A stretch of 63,879 nucleotides of DNA, the filler included, from Reticulomyxa filosa (lineage: Eukaryota; Protista; Foraminifera), in assembly GCA_000512085.1 (NCBI GenBank). It is 18 parts of 18 records of this genome, joined end to end, with 100 filler letters (N's around TTAATTAATTAA, not from the genome) between each part and the next. Parts side by side here need not be neighbours in the genome. Positions count along the whole stretch, not along the records: positions 12,075 to 32,058 come from ASPP01009421.1; 17 more parts are not named here. One strand, given 5' to 3'. Below, in pieces: positions 13,343-27,285 of this stretch. Numbering within the stretch: the stretch's first letter is position 1; each line of letters starts with the position of its first letter. The position numbers were made by a program, and so were the translations under genes. Under the pieces are notes generated by a model. It did no database searches and was not told where the DNA came from. It was given only the letters and a program-made list of their open reading frames with translations.

Positions 13343-15512
13343 TTATCCCCAAATACGAATACTGTTAATTGAACCATAACATAATCCAAAATTATAATCG
13401 TTATTTTTATTTTTCATTTTTAACGATAAAAATTTAAAACATAATATTCCACCGTCTTCTTTATCTCCATTGATCACATACAATTCCTTCTTATTTGATC
13501 GAATATCCCAAAATCGAACTGTATTGTCAAATGATCCAGAACATATTACATTTGAACTATCACCAACTTCGATATTTTTTACTAAAAATGGTGTGTATTC
13601 GACAGAATACACTGTACTTGTATGTCCATTGAACACTTGAATTTGTTGACTAGATCGAATATCCCACAAACGAACGCTTTTATCATGTGATCCAGATAAT
13701 ATTGTATTTGCGCCACCACTATTTCCTAATTCATTTGATCCATATTTTACACTCCACACATTATCTTCATGTCCTTTGAATAAAATAAATTGTTTGATTG
13801 TTTCAATATCCCATATACTAATCATTTTATCGAATGATCCAGAACAAATTGTATACCCATTACCACCAATCACACCAATACTATTACTTTCATTGTTATT
13901 GCTTTGTAATGGTGAAAAACTCACACACAAGACACGATTTGTATGTCCATTGAAAACATGTAATGATTTAGATGTTTCAACATCCCATAAACAAATAGTT
14001 TTATCAAATGACCCAGAACACAAGTATTTACCACCATTAAATGGAGAAAATTCAATACCACTTGCTGCATCGGTATGTCCATTAAATATTTGCAATTGTT
14101 GATCATTTTTGATATCCCAAAAACATATTGTCTTGTCATGTGATGAAGAGCAAATGACGCCATGGCGATTATTATAATAATGATATGGAGAAAACTTTAC
14201 ACAATTTACTCCAGCTGAATGTACGTTGAATACTTGAGTCTGTTTGTTGGTGTCTATATCCCATACACGAACTGTTTTATCCGCTGATCCAGAACAAAGC
14301 AATCGATTACCATCAAATGTTGAATAATCAATACTACACACCCAACTTTTATGTCCTGTGAATGTTTTGATTAAGTTGGACGATAAGCGAAAAATATCAA
14401 AATTAGGCTTAGACGATTGTGTAAGCACAGTTGTTGAAAATGTATCTTTATTGTTATTTTCTTTATTTTCATCGTTAGTTTTTTCTCGATTTTCTCTTAC
14501 TTCATTGTCCTTTTTTAATATTATTTTATCTTTCAATTCTATGTCATGTTTTAATTTTTCAATTTCGTTGAGGAGCATTTTCTATTAAATTATATCGTGG
14601 GCTTGTAAAATTTCTAGATCACATTTGTAGGAGGGGAAAAAAAAAAAGCATACCTGATGATGATCTAAATTGAGAATATGTTGCTTAAAAATAGAGTTTT
14701 CATTTAGTACCTTTAATATTTCTTCATATTGTTTTTTTTATCCAAATCTATTTGCATCTTCAGCTGTTCATTTTCTAATTGCAATTGCTTTAATTCTTCC
14801 TATTTTGTTTCCAAGTCGTACTGTATTTGCAACGCTATTATTGATGGAAAAGCAGAAAAAGACTATCTATAACATCTCGCTGTAGGATGGTCTGTTGCAT
14901 CAATGCAACTTTCTTCGCTACTAAATCAAAATGATGTTTCATCTTTTCATTTAAATGAGTGTCCAATCCATGTCCAAGACATGAGTAATCACATCCAAAC
15001 GATTTGAACCAACACTCTGACAATTTTAATGTGCATGCGTTATCCAAGTGACCCTTTAAATCTTTTATTTTTCCTTTGAAGCTACATATCACTGCCGTAT
15101 TTCCATGTGTTTGTCCTTCTTCATTCCCTTCCAGTGTTTGCAAATCTTGTTGAAACTGTCTTGGACACATCACTATCAAATCATTAATTAGTCGTTGCAT
15201 TGGTTTCATTTTATAGTACTCACAGCCATCATGCGGTTGAACTGGACATGCGTGTGGATTGTTGTTAAGAAATTGTTTCAAACAATTCTCTCCTGCTATC
15301 AATGTTTCATCCATATTTTCGTGTTGCGGACAATTAATTTCAACTGGGCTGTTTGCAACTTGCTTACAAATTAAACAAATAAAATGATTGATCTGCTCGG
15401 ATGAGTTTAACCGTAAAACCCAGTTCTTATCAAAGCACGAATGTTCAAAAAAAAATGGAACAACTCCACTTTGATGTTTTTCGTTCATTGTCTCCTCTTT
15501 CATGTCACTCAT
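13343..15512 (-). CDS. RING/TRAF-type Zn finger, coiled coil and WD40-repeat protein
   Basis: CLICKQ..CPQH..GENCL..CPVQPH; TRAF-like CSFKGKIKDLKGHLDNAC; about 7 GH..WD repeats; two GT-AG introns; one A-run frameshift near 14735. Confidence 0.85.
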
Positions 15513-16095
15513 GTTTGAACTTGGCTTCCTTTAATCTCTTTTGATTACTATTGCGCTTGTCGATAATTTCGACAAAGTTTTTCGAAATTTTCTGTTTCTA
15601 TTTAACGGGTTATTTTTTTTGACAAAAATAAATGAAACTTTTAAGCGGCAACTTCAAGCTTAAAAAAAAATACTGGGCAATAAATAATTGGAAAAATGGA
15701 TCTAACGGCTTTGCCGATTTTTTTCGATGTGAACGAAAAATTTGTGTGATAGACAACTGACAAAATTGGAACAATAAAAGAAGCTTTGATCAAGTTTTCA
15801 ATTTTTTTGTTATTTTAATGTTATTGTAGACATCATTGGTGTATTTGCTTAACTTTTCATTTGAGATGTAAAATTATCCGAGATTTAGATTTAAAAAAAG
15901 ATTGAATTCCTATCGACAAATTAATTATTTGACAATTCATGCGCAAACTGTTGAGATATAGTTTATTAAACGTTAGTAATATTCCATGTTCTATGTGTTG
16001 AAATAAGAAGCAGCATCTCCAAAAAAAAAGACAACTGAAAAAAAAAAAAGCAAACAACAAAAATCAAAAATGAATGAGAAATGATAAAGACATTG

Positions 16096-17518
16096 TTATT
16101 CTTCATTTTCATCATCATTGACAGCAACCAATTGCCGCCTCAATTGAATGCGTTTGAACTTCCAGTAGACATAAGAGAACAATAGTATGAAAAACACAGC
16201 CGAGATTGCCAACCAAATGAGTATCTTCTTAGCATTGGCAGTGGCGTCTGGTAACAATAAATATTGATCTTGCTGTTTTGTTTTTTTCAAATCAAAAAAA
16301 AAATATGCCAATATTTTATTAAAAACACCCCCTTCTCTCCCTCCTCCCCCCCCTTCATTTGCAAATGGAATTGTTTGCAAGTGCAAAAAGATGATAGAGA
16401 CAAAACGATAATGTAATAAATGGACAATAAACAGGCCTGTACCCATCCAAGTTTCAACCACATCCAAAAGCTATTCCACAAAGTGCTCTTAGGAACAACA
16501 GTTAAATCATCTTGGTTAGCCTCCACAGCGGCACCATGTTCATGGTCATTCGTGTCACTATCATCATCACCATCACGGTGTCCCCTTTTTTTTTTTTGCT
16601 TGCATGTTCGTGACCAACTTTTTTTGCATTTGAGTTTTCAGCGTCTTTGTTTGCAATGTGTTGTCGATAATTGTTTACAGCGTGTTGGCACCAATTGACA
16701 CCCCACAAGGCTCCCAGTAGGCCTTGGAATGGTATTCCAATCAAACTTCGGATGAGGAAGACCATCAACTGATTCGTCCAGCCACCGTACAGATAGCCGA
16801 TGATGCAGACGGCCGCAACGCCGTCCACCATCGTGGACATACCCAATCCAGTGCACAAGCCAAACCACACGTAGTTATGAAGGTATGACTCATCTACAAA
16901 TTGTTCATGTGGCAAGTAAAGATGAGTCGAATGTTGCATTACTATCCCTTTGCCAATGTATTCTTCCATCATTCCTTTTTTTTTTTTTTTATATATAAAA
17001 AAAACGTGCGAAAATTTTTTTTTTTTAAATCACTTCCCCCCCCTCTTTTTTGTCTTATAATTGTTCATACCTTGCAATACGATGGCAAAAAAAATAAAGT
17101 ACGTGTTATAACCATTGGAACTCGTGTCTACATTAAATCTATAACTAATGTAAAGGGAAAACATCAGCTGGATCCAGAGCACAAAATGTGCGGTGCCAAA
17201 AAATGCGTGGCAGTAACAACGAACCAAATCGTTCAGATGCAGTTTGCCGTCGTCGTAAAATCCCCGTCTTTTCAGTCGCTTCCATATAAATACTAACGTC
17301 AATGTGTACAAAAATATTAACGGAAAAAATAGCACATTGCCCCAGTATCCATGTGTCAACGCCAGTGAAAATGCACAAGCAAAATAGTAAAACAATACTG
17401 CCCCGTACCAAAACGGAGAAGCTTTGTGCGTGTCAGGGGTATCATGAGGTGGATGAATACTTTCAGGTTTATTGTGGGAACTTGTGCAAGGACAACAATA
17501 GTCAACTGTTGTCAACAT
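16096..17518 (-). CDS. PrsW-like polytopic membrane protein
   Basis: Multiple TM segments; MEEYIGK (EExxK-like) and FGLCTGLGM motifs; intron 16975-17070; A/G-run frameshift near 16590. Confidence 0.55.
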
Positions 17519-17852
17519 TTTTTCTGAATGATATAAATTCAATATTCCAAGTTTTTTTTCAGAAATTATTAAAAATTTTTGAGAAACTACAGCAAATTTT
17601 TTAAATTTGTTCATTTCAAAAAGATCAATATAAAAAAAGATTTATTGAGTATGTTATTTCAGATGCAGCAATCAATAAGCCCCATCTCTCACTGTAACAT
17701 CCGCATGTGATAAAATCATTATAAATAAACAATTCGGTGTAAATAACGATGCAAATCATTCATTATTCCACATTAAAGTATTTAAATAAATCAAAAGAAT
17801 AACACTAAATATTGAACATTAATAACAAATACAAAAACTAAATAGAATAATT

Positions 17853-18034
17853 GGGAGGTGGCGCGATTAACGCAACCACCATTGAACACAAATTGAGTCG
17901 AATGCTAGTCCACTTGGGAAAAAGCAAAGTAGGTTCGCCCAACGTCTGATTTTCATCGAGTGCACAATTGGGACACAGTTCCTACTACCCAGGGGCCTTA
18001 ATTGATCACCCACTGAGTTCGACCAGGTATGTAA
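17853..18034 (-). ncRNA. U1: U1 snRNA with variant 5' end (UUACAUACCUGG)
   Basis: All U1 elements in order: ACAUACCUG 5'ss-pairing end (18032-18024); helix H GUCGAA/UUCGAC (18023-18018 with 17902-17897); SL1 with GAUCAAUUAAG loop; SL2 AGUAGG/CCUACU containing UGCAC; SL3 UGCU..UCC-CAAGU-GGA..AGCA; Sm site AAUUUGUG (17894-17887); SL4 GGUGG..GCG/CGC..CCACC. Confidence 0.92.
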
Positions 18035-19478
18035 GGAGATAGGAATGGTATATAGATAGTGTTCACCCAGAAAGTGAAAACATTAACCATAGTCGAATAT
18101 ATGCTATTTGCGAAAGCCAAGAACTTTCATCACACATCTTAAAAAAAGTCATTCTTTGGTGCAAAGAAATTCCATAATGACCTTCTCTGCTTTTTTTTTG
18201 GTGTGGATTGCAACTGGTTTTGGAAAAGTAGAAGCGAAGAAAAATACAAAGGTTACACACTTGTTTTGTCATGGACAAGCCCTTGGCGTTTGAATAAGCT
18301 ACAGGCTTCGGTTGCTTCGGATCAGTTTTAGTACATGTTTTTTGAGTGGTAAATAAAACGCTTTTGTTTCGATGGGGCCAATTTTTGTACAAAAAAAAAA
18401 CACAGAGTAAACAAATACAACCAATCACTATGTCTTATTACAGTTGTTTGTTGTTTGTTTTTCACACAGTCCACACCGTGTGATGCGAGGGTTTGTTGCT
18501 ACGTTTTTTCCAAGGCAATGGGCAATAGTTTGTGTTCTCTCGTGTTTGTAAATTTTGGGATATTGGAAGTGTTGTGTCAATGCCAGGGATAATCCAAAGC
18601 TCACAAACAATTTCAAACTAATTTTTAAAAATCCCCTAAAAATTGGCAGTTTTGGTGATTTTTTTTTTTTTTCGTTAGTTAGTTCAGTTTAGGTATCCTA
18701 ATTTGGGTTCAGCCTCAAAAAAAAAAAACAAAAAAAAACACACCATTTATGGTTTAGTTCAAATCGATGCAATAACATTGCTTGCTTTCGAATTTCTCGT
18801 CTTTTAAAAGCAACAAGACAGAAATTTTTATTAAACACTTTCACTTCATAAGCAAAACACTAACACAAAGGGGGAAGGAAAAAAACAATAATTAAAAAAA
18901 TTGAAAAGGATCATACGGCATAATTGTTTCTTATGTATACGTTTTGTATGCTGCAATCAACAAAGCCTTCCAACAGTCTTCCTTCCACGTCCCTTTTTAC
19001 ATTGCAAAACATTTTTAATGTTTTTGAAATTGTGTTATACGGATCTCAGATTCTCAAGTAAAAAATAAAAAATACACACCTTGTTTTGTGTGATTGGCAC
19101 TTATAAATACAATCCAAGATTTTGCTCAGAAATTTCTTCTGTTTGTCAAACAAGTTTATTCCATATTTTACTTGCAAAAAGAAAAACATCTTGGGTCATG
19201 TCTCATAAGAGCAGTATAATGTGGCCACAGATCAAGTTATTTTTTGGTGCATTATACATTTCAAACTTCTTGGGGACCAAAAAGAGAGCTTTTTGAAAAA
19301 GAAACGAGAATTAATTGTATACTTTGTGTAAGTAGTCTGTAACTTTTTTGTACATCTTCGTATTGTTCTAGGACAAATAAATTACAAATATGCATGGCTC
19401 ACTGTAAAATTTTTTGTCCTCAAAAGTCGGTTCTTTGACCCCCTTAAGGGGGAGGGATGTTCCTGAAGTTTTTTGAGG

Positions 19479-22400
19479 ATGCCCATCGCCCAAGATATTT
19501 TAAGAATATTGGATCACCAAAAGACAAGTTGTCGCATCCCTCGAGAATCAGACGAAGTTGAAAAGGATGAATGCATGTTATCTTTCGATAATCCCTTTTC
19601 GCCGGACGGACTGTACACAAACCTGAAATCATGGCAATCCTACGGTCGTGAATTTGTGGAAAAAGATTCAGAGAAGTCTCAGCATCAAATATACTTATTT
19701 CAAAAATTTTACAAAGTAGGATTTCCTTGACTTTTTTTTAATATCCCCCTCCCTCCTCCTCGTTCCAAAAAAAAAGGGGAGTTAAAACTTAAACTTTTTA
19801 ATCCCTCCAAAAAAAAAAAAAAAAACAACAACTCCAGCACCTCAAACCAGAAACAAAAGAAAGCAACGAGACAACAAAAACACCAAGCCTATTGGGCCTA
19901 GGTATTGAGAATGGATTTAGTGGGAACGACGACAGCATTGAATTAGAAAGGCAATATTTTATATGTGTGTTGCCAAGCTTTACTCTGGTGGAATTAACGG
20001 AAAAGGACTTGCCGACCCAAATTGCGGCAAGTGCACAAGCTATCATAGCCCACAAGGGCGCAGCAGCAAAGGCAACCGATATTTGGGTGCCCGATATCAA
20101 AGTATGAACAAAAAAATATTTTATTTTTTTTTTGCCACACTACGCATATTCGCAACAATAATAACCCATACATTTTTTTTTTTTTATATATACATATATG
20201 TATATTATATAAATATAAACATAAATAAAAGGAAAGCAAATACAGCAACAACCTTGTGCAATTGAAAGCGGGTAGTATTCGCGTGTCACCAAATCCGAAA
20301 GATTGGCAATGTGCGGAATGTGGCGAGACGAAGAACTTGTGGTTGAATTTATCAGACGCGTACGTTGGGTGCGGACGTCAACAGTTTGGTGGGTCGGGTG
20401 GCTGCGGTGCCTCGTTGCGACACTTTGAGCACACGGGACGAACGTACCCGCTGGCCGTGAAGCTGGGCACCATCACGACCGACGGCGCAGATGTGTTCAG
20501 CTACGAGGAAGACGACCTGGTCAAAGACTCGGCTCTGGCCCAACACTTGTCTCATTGGGGCATCGACATCATGAAACTGCAAAAGACGGACAAAACCATG
20601 GAAGAGTTAGACATTGATTTGAATAAGGGCTTCATTTTGGGATTTGTTCTTGAAACACGAAACTGCTTGGTATATTTGTGTTTTTTTTTGAGAGTTTTTG
20701 ATGATGAGTCCATTCGAAATGGACTACAATTTGCATGCGTGATCACTTTGAATTACATATTCGAAACAATAAAACATTAGCAACAAGTGAATGGACCCTC
20801 ACTCATTGGGTTAGAAAATTTGGGCAACACGTGCTATATGAACTCCTTGCTGCAGACTGTTTATACCATTCCGGAAATGCGAAACAAGTTTGGCAACGAG
20901 GAAAGGGGGAGGGGATCCCATTTGTTCATTGTATTGTTATTTGTTGTTGTTGTTAACAATATGTGCTTTTATTTGTTTTGGTTGATTGATTGATTGTTTG
21001 GTTGATGAAAAAAAAAAAAACAAGATACTTGGATAATGCAAGTGACATTTTGACAATGGCTCCGGAAAAACCGGAAAATGATCTGGCGACCCAAGCCACA
21101 AAGCTAGCGGTTGGACTGCTAACCGATCGCTACATTTTGCAATTGGAAAAGAACAATGCTCACGAGAAAGAGCGGATAGAGAAAATAATGCAGGATGTAC
21201 ACGAGACAAATACAGAGCCGACTAAACATAGAGTCGCCTTTGAACGCACTTGCTTGAGGCCACGGATGTGGAAGAAATTAGTCGGGGCTGAACATGGCGA
21301 GTTTTCTTCCAACCGTCAACAAGATGTTGTTGAATACATGCAGTTTCATACTATACACACACCCCACTTTTTTTTGTTGGTCTCTCTCTCAATGGAGCGT
21401 GAGTGCATATGTGTGGAACTGATAGACATATGTTTGAGCTGATCAGTCGTCGTGAGCGAGTTTGCACACGCATTGACAAATCAATTCCGACCTTGACCGA
21501 TTTGTTCCGATTTCAAGAAGAGGAAAGGCTGCAATGTTGTGCTTCACAAAAAGTTCGCTACTCCACATCCGACCACTTGGTATTGCGATTGCCTGTTGAC
21601 ATGGAAGATGCCATTCGTAAACATGATCCACAAAGCAATCAGGTCTCTAACACTTTGGCCACATATACATATACATGTATATGTTTATATGTATATGGAC
21701 GAGTGCTTGGATTTTGGAAATTAGGAAACGAACAAGACCACTTGTGCGCAAAATTATGTGACTACAAAGGTGGACTCATATGTATGTTAACAATTAAGTT
21801 TCTCTTTGTGTGATTCCTTTTTTACTATCTCTTGATCAATTAACTATACAATCTAAAAAAAAAGGAGAGACCATGTAAACGTCAACGGATTGAAAGTAAT
21901 GAAGAAACCAAAAACAGTAAAACGTCTTGTAACGAAGAAACAATGAAAGACGTGCCAACAAGCTTGCCGATAATTCCATTTGAAAAGTGCGTCGACCGCT
22001 ATATGCAACAATCGACAGCAGAAGATTGGCTGTCTCCAGTGACTGGAATTCGTGGGAAAGCAATCAAATCACATCGACTGTCCACTTTCCCAAAGTATTT
22101 GGCCATTCAAATATCTCGCTATTATCTCACCGAGCAATGGCTGCCCGAAAAACACAATGTCGAGGTCCCTGTGCCCACAGAGCTTGATCTCGAATGTATG
22201 CGAGCAAAGGGGGCGCAACAGGACGAAGAGTTGATGGCAGACACAACCTCAAAAGAAGACAATGATACATCATTACCGACACCTGATCCTACTGCTGTCA
22301 ATGCATTGCTATCCATGGGCATGGGGTTCACTGAAAACGCGTGCAAACGAGCAGCTCTCGCTGTTTCAAATGGTAGTACTGAATTGGCTGCTGCTTGGCT

Positions 22401-22881
22401 GGTTGAACATATTGGTGATGAAGACCTCAATGATCCATTGCCAAAAGCGGATACCAGCACCAGCAATTTGGTGACATTGGATGAATCAACAGTCGAAATG
22501 TTGTGTCAAAATTTGGGATTTGATCGTGAGTCAGTGGAGGTGGCGCTGCAACATACCAATGGGGACTCGGGTAGAGCTGCAGATTGGCTTTTTTCTCATA
22601 TGGATAACTTGCAAGAAAGTATTTCGACTATTAAAGCACAACAAACCAATAAAAAAGATACACAAAACTCAAAGTATACAAACGGAATTGCAAAATATAA
22701 AATGTTTGCATTTATTTCACACTTGGGGAAAGCCACAAGCCATGGCCATTACGTTGTTCACATCAAAAAGGGATCTCAATGGTATATTTTCAATGACAAC
22801 TATGTTGCCAAATCTCAGGAACCTCCATTCAGTCATGGTTATCTATACTTTTTTGAAAGAGACTCACAACAATCCACATAA
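19479..22881 (+). CDS. USP5: Ubiquitin C-terminal hydrolase 5/13 (isopeptidase T)
   Basis: KDEC..SFD N-domain; ZnF-UBP (NLWLNLSDAYVGCGR, YPLAVKLGTIT, DVFSYEED); Cys box LENLGNTCYMNS; two UBA domains; His box HLGKATSHGHYV..FND. Introns 19716-19837, 20102-20231, 20629-20694, 20733-20780, 20888-21024, 21343-21425, 21643-21724, 21770-21864. Confidence 0.95.
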
Positions 22882-24589
22882 GTGCTGAATATTCACAAAA
22901 ATTTTTATTTTCTTATTTATTTGTCACATTTTCAATTAAAATTATAAATTAACATTTTCAGTTACACTAATACACAAGTCCAATTATTTTTTAATGTTGC
23001 AAATCTATCTCGTTTTTTCAACATGCTAAAAACTGAAAATTCAAACGCTATTATATATTTAAAAGTCTATCCCAAATTATTTCCTTCAAGCAAGTAAATT
23101 TCGTATGTGTTTTTGTTTTATGTATCTTTGATTATTAGTCATTTATACAACATTTGTCAAACTCAAAATTCATCAGTATAATAAAAAAGAAAGTTGACAC
23201 ATAAAACGGCGCATATGAAGATGGTCGATTTTCTTCACAAAAAACAACACTTAATTAAAATTGTTTTTATTTAAAGAAAAATATCTACGAACCGTGTAGT
23301 TTTTAAATATCGTTGGTTTTTTATTTTATCTTTCAAATTTTTTTCCTCTAAATGTTGTTTTTTCATGGAGAAAATCGATCACTTCATAATGCGCAGTTTT
23401 ATATATCAACTTTCTTTATTATACTGTATTTCCTAATTTATATAAGTATAAAACTTATTTTTTTTGGTTGCAACTAAAGGAAAAAAGTGTTTTCTCTGTG
23501 TGAAGCACTTTCTTCCGTTATATTCTTGTGCACGATGAAGTTAATTGTTTTGTTAAACAAAAATTAGTTTGTAAATGTGATGCATCATGAGATTATATCT
23601 TCCAAAGTAAATATTGACTTACATTTCTGTGAATAAGTGAATGGCATGGAAAAATTATGATTGTATAACCAAAAAATGTATACGTAGTGTTTATGTTTTG
23701 CATTGGATATTACGCTTTTCTTAGCAATAAAAAGAATGTTTAAACACAAAAACGAGATGAAAATATTTAACATACTCTATATCAGCCATAGAACGTGGGA
23801 AAAAAATGAAGTCGGATTTGTCAGTGTGAATACAACATCAGTTATTATTCATTCACCTTTTTTTTGTACATTAAAAAGTTAAATTTATAAATATCATGTG
23901 CAAGATTTAACAAAAAAAGTATTTACTTTCATCTGTACCTCGAAAAACTATAACAAACAAACATAAGCACTAAACAACACTACAAGAAAAAGCATAAAAT
24001 AACACTTTTTAAAGAATCAAGGCCGCAGATAAACGATAAACTTGCAAATTATAAACAGACACAAAAATAAAAACGACATTTTATTTGTGCTAACACAAAC
24101 GTAATAACAAAAATTAATAAACTATTTTTTTAAGTAGTTTAATTGAACAAAAATAGCGTTGTTCAATACAGGAATGATGGACCGTTGAAATACTTGCAAT
24201 GACCAGTTTTTTGTGTTGGTCCACGAAAGTTAAAATAGGCTTGAATTTTAATCTTTAGCCTCTATGTAACGTTTCCTTGGTTGGTCAAAAAAGTCATTTA
24301 CTTTTCGTTGGCTCCTCGAAAAATAAACACAAAAGTACTAAACAATGCGACAGAGAGAAAGCACAAAATAACAACACAACAAAAAAAAAAAAAATAGAAT
24401 GATAAAACGAAGAGCATCAACTGCTATTATATTCCCAATGATCAATCCAACTTTCACCCTCGTTTTTTTCCCCCTCTTGCAGACCGATCAAAAAATTTTT
24501 TCCACATTTTCATCAAATAAAAAAATGGAACAAAAAAGGTTTTTTTTTTGATCTTGTGTCTGATCTTTTTTTTTGTTTGTTTGTTTTGA

Positions 24590-27285
24590 TTATTTTTGTT
24601 TAAGTTTTTGATTTAGTATTTCTTGGGATCGTTCTGGAACATTTGTTTTTTTAATGTCTTTTTTAAATTTATTATTGTCCGTGGAACCGTTGGACAACTG
24701 ACTAGAGGAGCCAAGAGTTGGGGTTGGCGTGGAACTACCCGAGTTGGCGTTGTTAGAAGATTGAGATTGCATCTCCAATTTGGATTTGGAAATGCGCTTT
24801 TGTGTTCGAACATTCTTTTGTTGTTTATGTGTCGTTTCCCAATGTTCCAAATTGAGTTGCATAACTTGGGACCAAGGTTTCAATTCCGGGATGATGTCAC
24901 AAAAAACTTCAAATATCGGAGCAACAATAAAGCGGATAAAGCCAATTTGCCCACTGGCCAAACTAGCCGTTTCCTTGTCCATCATTGGTGACACTGGCAA
25001 GCCTAGGGCTTTTTCCTTGTCTCCCTGATTGAAAAATTCTTGCATAATGCGATCTGCCCATTGAGTACAAGCTTTCAGTTCTTTAGTTGGGTTGGATACG
25101 TCGCATATGTGGATCGCCGCGCCGAGGATAAACAACCTCTCATCTTCTACACCATTAACACGGGAGCTTTCAGTTTCCACTTGTTTTTCTGGAATCAGTA
25201 CACTGGTTAGCTCTTCATTCTTTATTGCTATTTCCGTACATATAAAAATAAATAAATAAATATATTTATATGTGTACGTATTTTTGATAAAATTTTTTTT
25301 TTTTTTTATAAAAAAAAAGCAATATAACCAGTGTGAGCCAAGTTGTAATTTGCCTTTGACTTTTCCAAAGGGATGGTTGAAAAAGAAGAGACCGGGGAAG
25401 TGGGGGAGACGTCCAATTCTATGTTGCTCCTTTCGGACATTGGTGTTACAATGTCACTGGTTTCTTGAGAAGGGGTTGTATTCAATTTGTCGCCATTCGA
25501 CTGGACACTGCTCGTTTTCGATTTTGTCTCTTGTCTGTAAACAAAGCGAGGTCATTTTTATGTACATTTCATAACTTTTTTTTTTTTTTTTTGTTAAAAA
25601 AGGTCCCTCACCTCTCATCACTCTTTTTTTTTTAAAAAAATACATCTTGCACTGAAGTGAATGTATGTGTATAAAGATTGAAGTAGAAAACTTAAAAGCG
25701 GCCAACATCGCCCGCAGACGTGCGAGTTCTTGGAAATGGAAATGCATGTCGGTGGCCAACACCAATTGAATGATGACGTTTCGGAAATAGTTTTGAATGG
25801 GTCGACTGAGCTTGTGATACCAGTTGTTGTTGCTTTTCTTAAGCAAAAAGAACGCGCGACTAATGTGATAATTTTCTAAAACGCTGCTGTCGTTATACGT
25901 CAAAGCAATGTCACTACCACTGCTCATATGAAAGGCATTGTTGTATCCATCATGGCCTAAATCATGCACACATGCGGCAATGATCGCCGCCATTTGATCA
26001 AGCTTGGACAAATGGTTTTGCATAAACTCGGATTTCAATACAAAGAACAAGGTATTGGTCACATCCAACGCATGTAACTTGTTGTGATACGGAATATTGT
26101 TGTAATTCATCTCCACATCGCGCAAGAAATTCCACAGTTTGCGATGCGATATGTCTAACGATCGAACCATGTCCAATTGCATCAATATGTGATGTGTGGC
26201 CAATACTAGGCATTGTTCTTTGCATACGTCAATATCATACATTTCAAATACATTAAAGTCCCATTCACCTTTTATTCAATCAAAGTGTTTGTGATGAAGA
26301 AGTGGACATATTTAATATATAAATATGGATTATATATGTACATATACATATATATGTATGTATGTATTTATATGTTCTGATTATTTATAGAAATTAATCT
26401 TGCTTTTTTTTTTTTTTTTTTTTTTTTGTCATACCAATTTTTGCCAAACAATTCTTCAATTGTTCATTATGACTTAATAACGAAATGGTTGAATTGAGTT
26501 GGTTTTTGAATGATCAATGCAACCATAACTCGTCTTGCACAGCGCCGAAGTCTTTGTACACCCGATAGCTTCTGTCTTACGTATGCGTGTTCGCTGCCGC
26601 CTTCGTCTCCACTCCCTTCTTCCGACCTGTCCTTCGTCTTGTTCACTATATCGTCCACCGTTGCTTTTGGTAGGAAATTGTTCACCAACCACAACGCGGT
26701 TTCGCGCGTGTCAAAGTCATCGCTGTCTTGGAATTCTGTCTTGTGCTCGTTCTTTGTCACCACCATCGATTCTAATGCTCTTGTCGTCTCCACCCGCATT
26801 TTTTCCGATTTGGCTTTTATACTGGTTTTTTTTAATCGTTGTTTCAATATTGTATACTCTGTTGCCCATACGTCATTCAACGCTACGCGCATGTCATTCT
26901 TTTTTTTTTTTTTTTTTGTTATACGTCTTTAATCAAATATTTTTTCTTTTTTTTTTTAAAAAAAAGGGGGACGAATCTCCTTTGAATGTTTAATTTTTTT
27001 TTTTGAAGAGACCTGCAATTTTTGGTCTTTGCCGACCACAGTTTCCAATCGGCTTATAATGTCGCTTTTCATCTTTTTCAAGAGCTCCAAATCACTCAGT
27101 TGTTGGAGTTTTGAACGGTCGGTGCTGCAACGGGTCAACTGTCTTGTCGCTGACGGCCTTATGTTCGCCTCACCTTTGGCTCTGGTCCCGTTCTTACCCT
27201 TCAAAAACGAAAAGAAGCGTGAATTGCTCACACCACTATTGGGCAATCGGATTGACATTTTTTCGTCATCTTTCGTAGTGGTCAT
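24590..27285 (-). CDS. Class I 3',5'-cyclic nucleotide phosphodiesterase
   Basis: WDFNVF, YHNKLHALDV, HDLGHDGYNNAF, SVLENYH, LATDM, HICDVSNPTK, EFFNQGDKEK, QIGFI; four GT-AG introns; one A-run frameshift near 26505; true start uncertain. Confidence 0.92.

Noticed and set aside
26495-26515. Programmed frameshifting in otherwise intact genes (also near 10979, 14735, 16590, 38905, 62275, 62606)
   Set aside because: Shifts go both ways, mostly at A-runs, with no shared slippery-stop motif; homopolymer sequencing error is more parsimonious. Raw reads would settle it.
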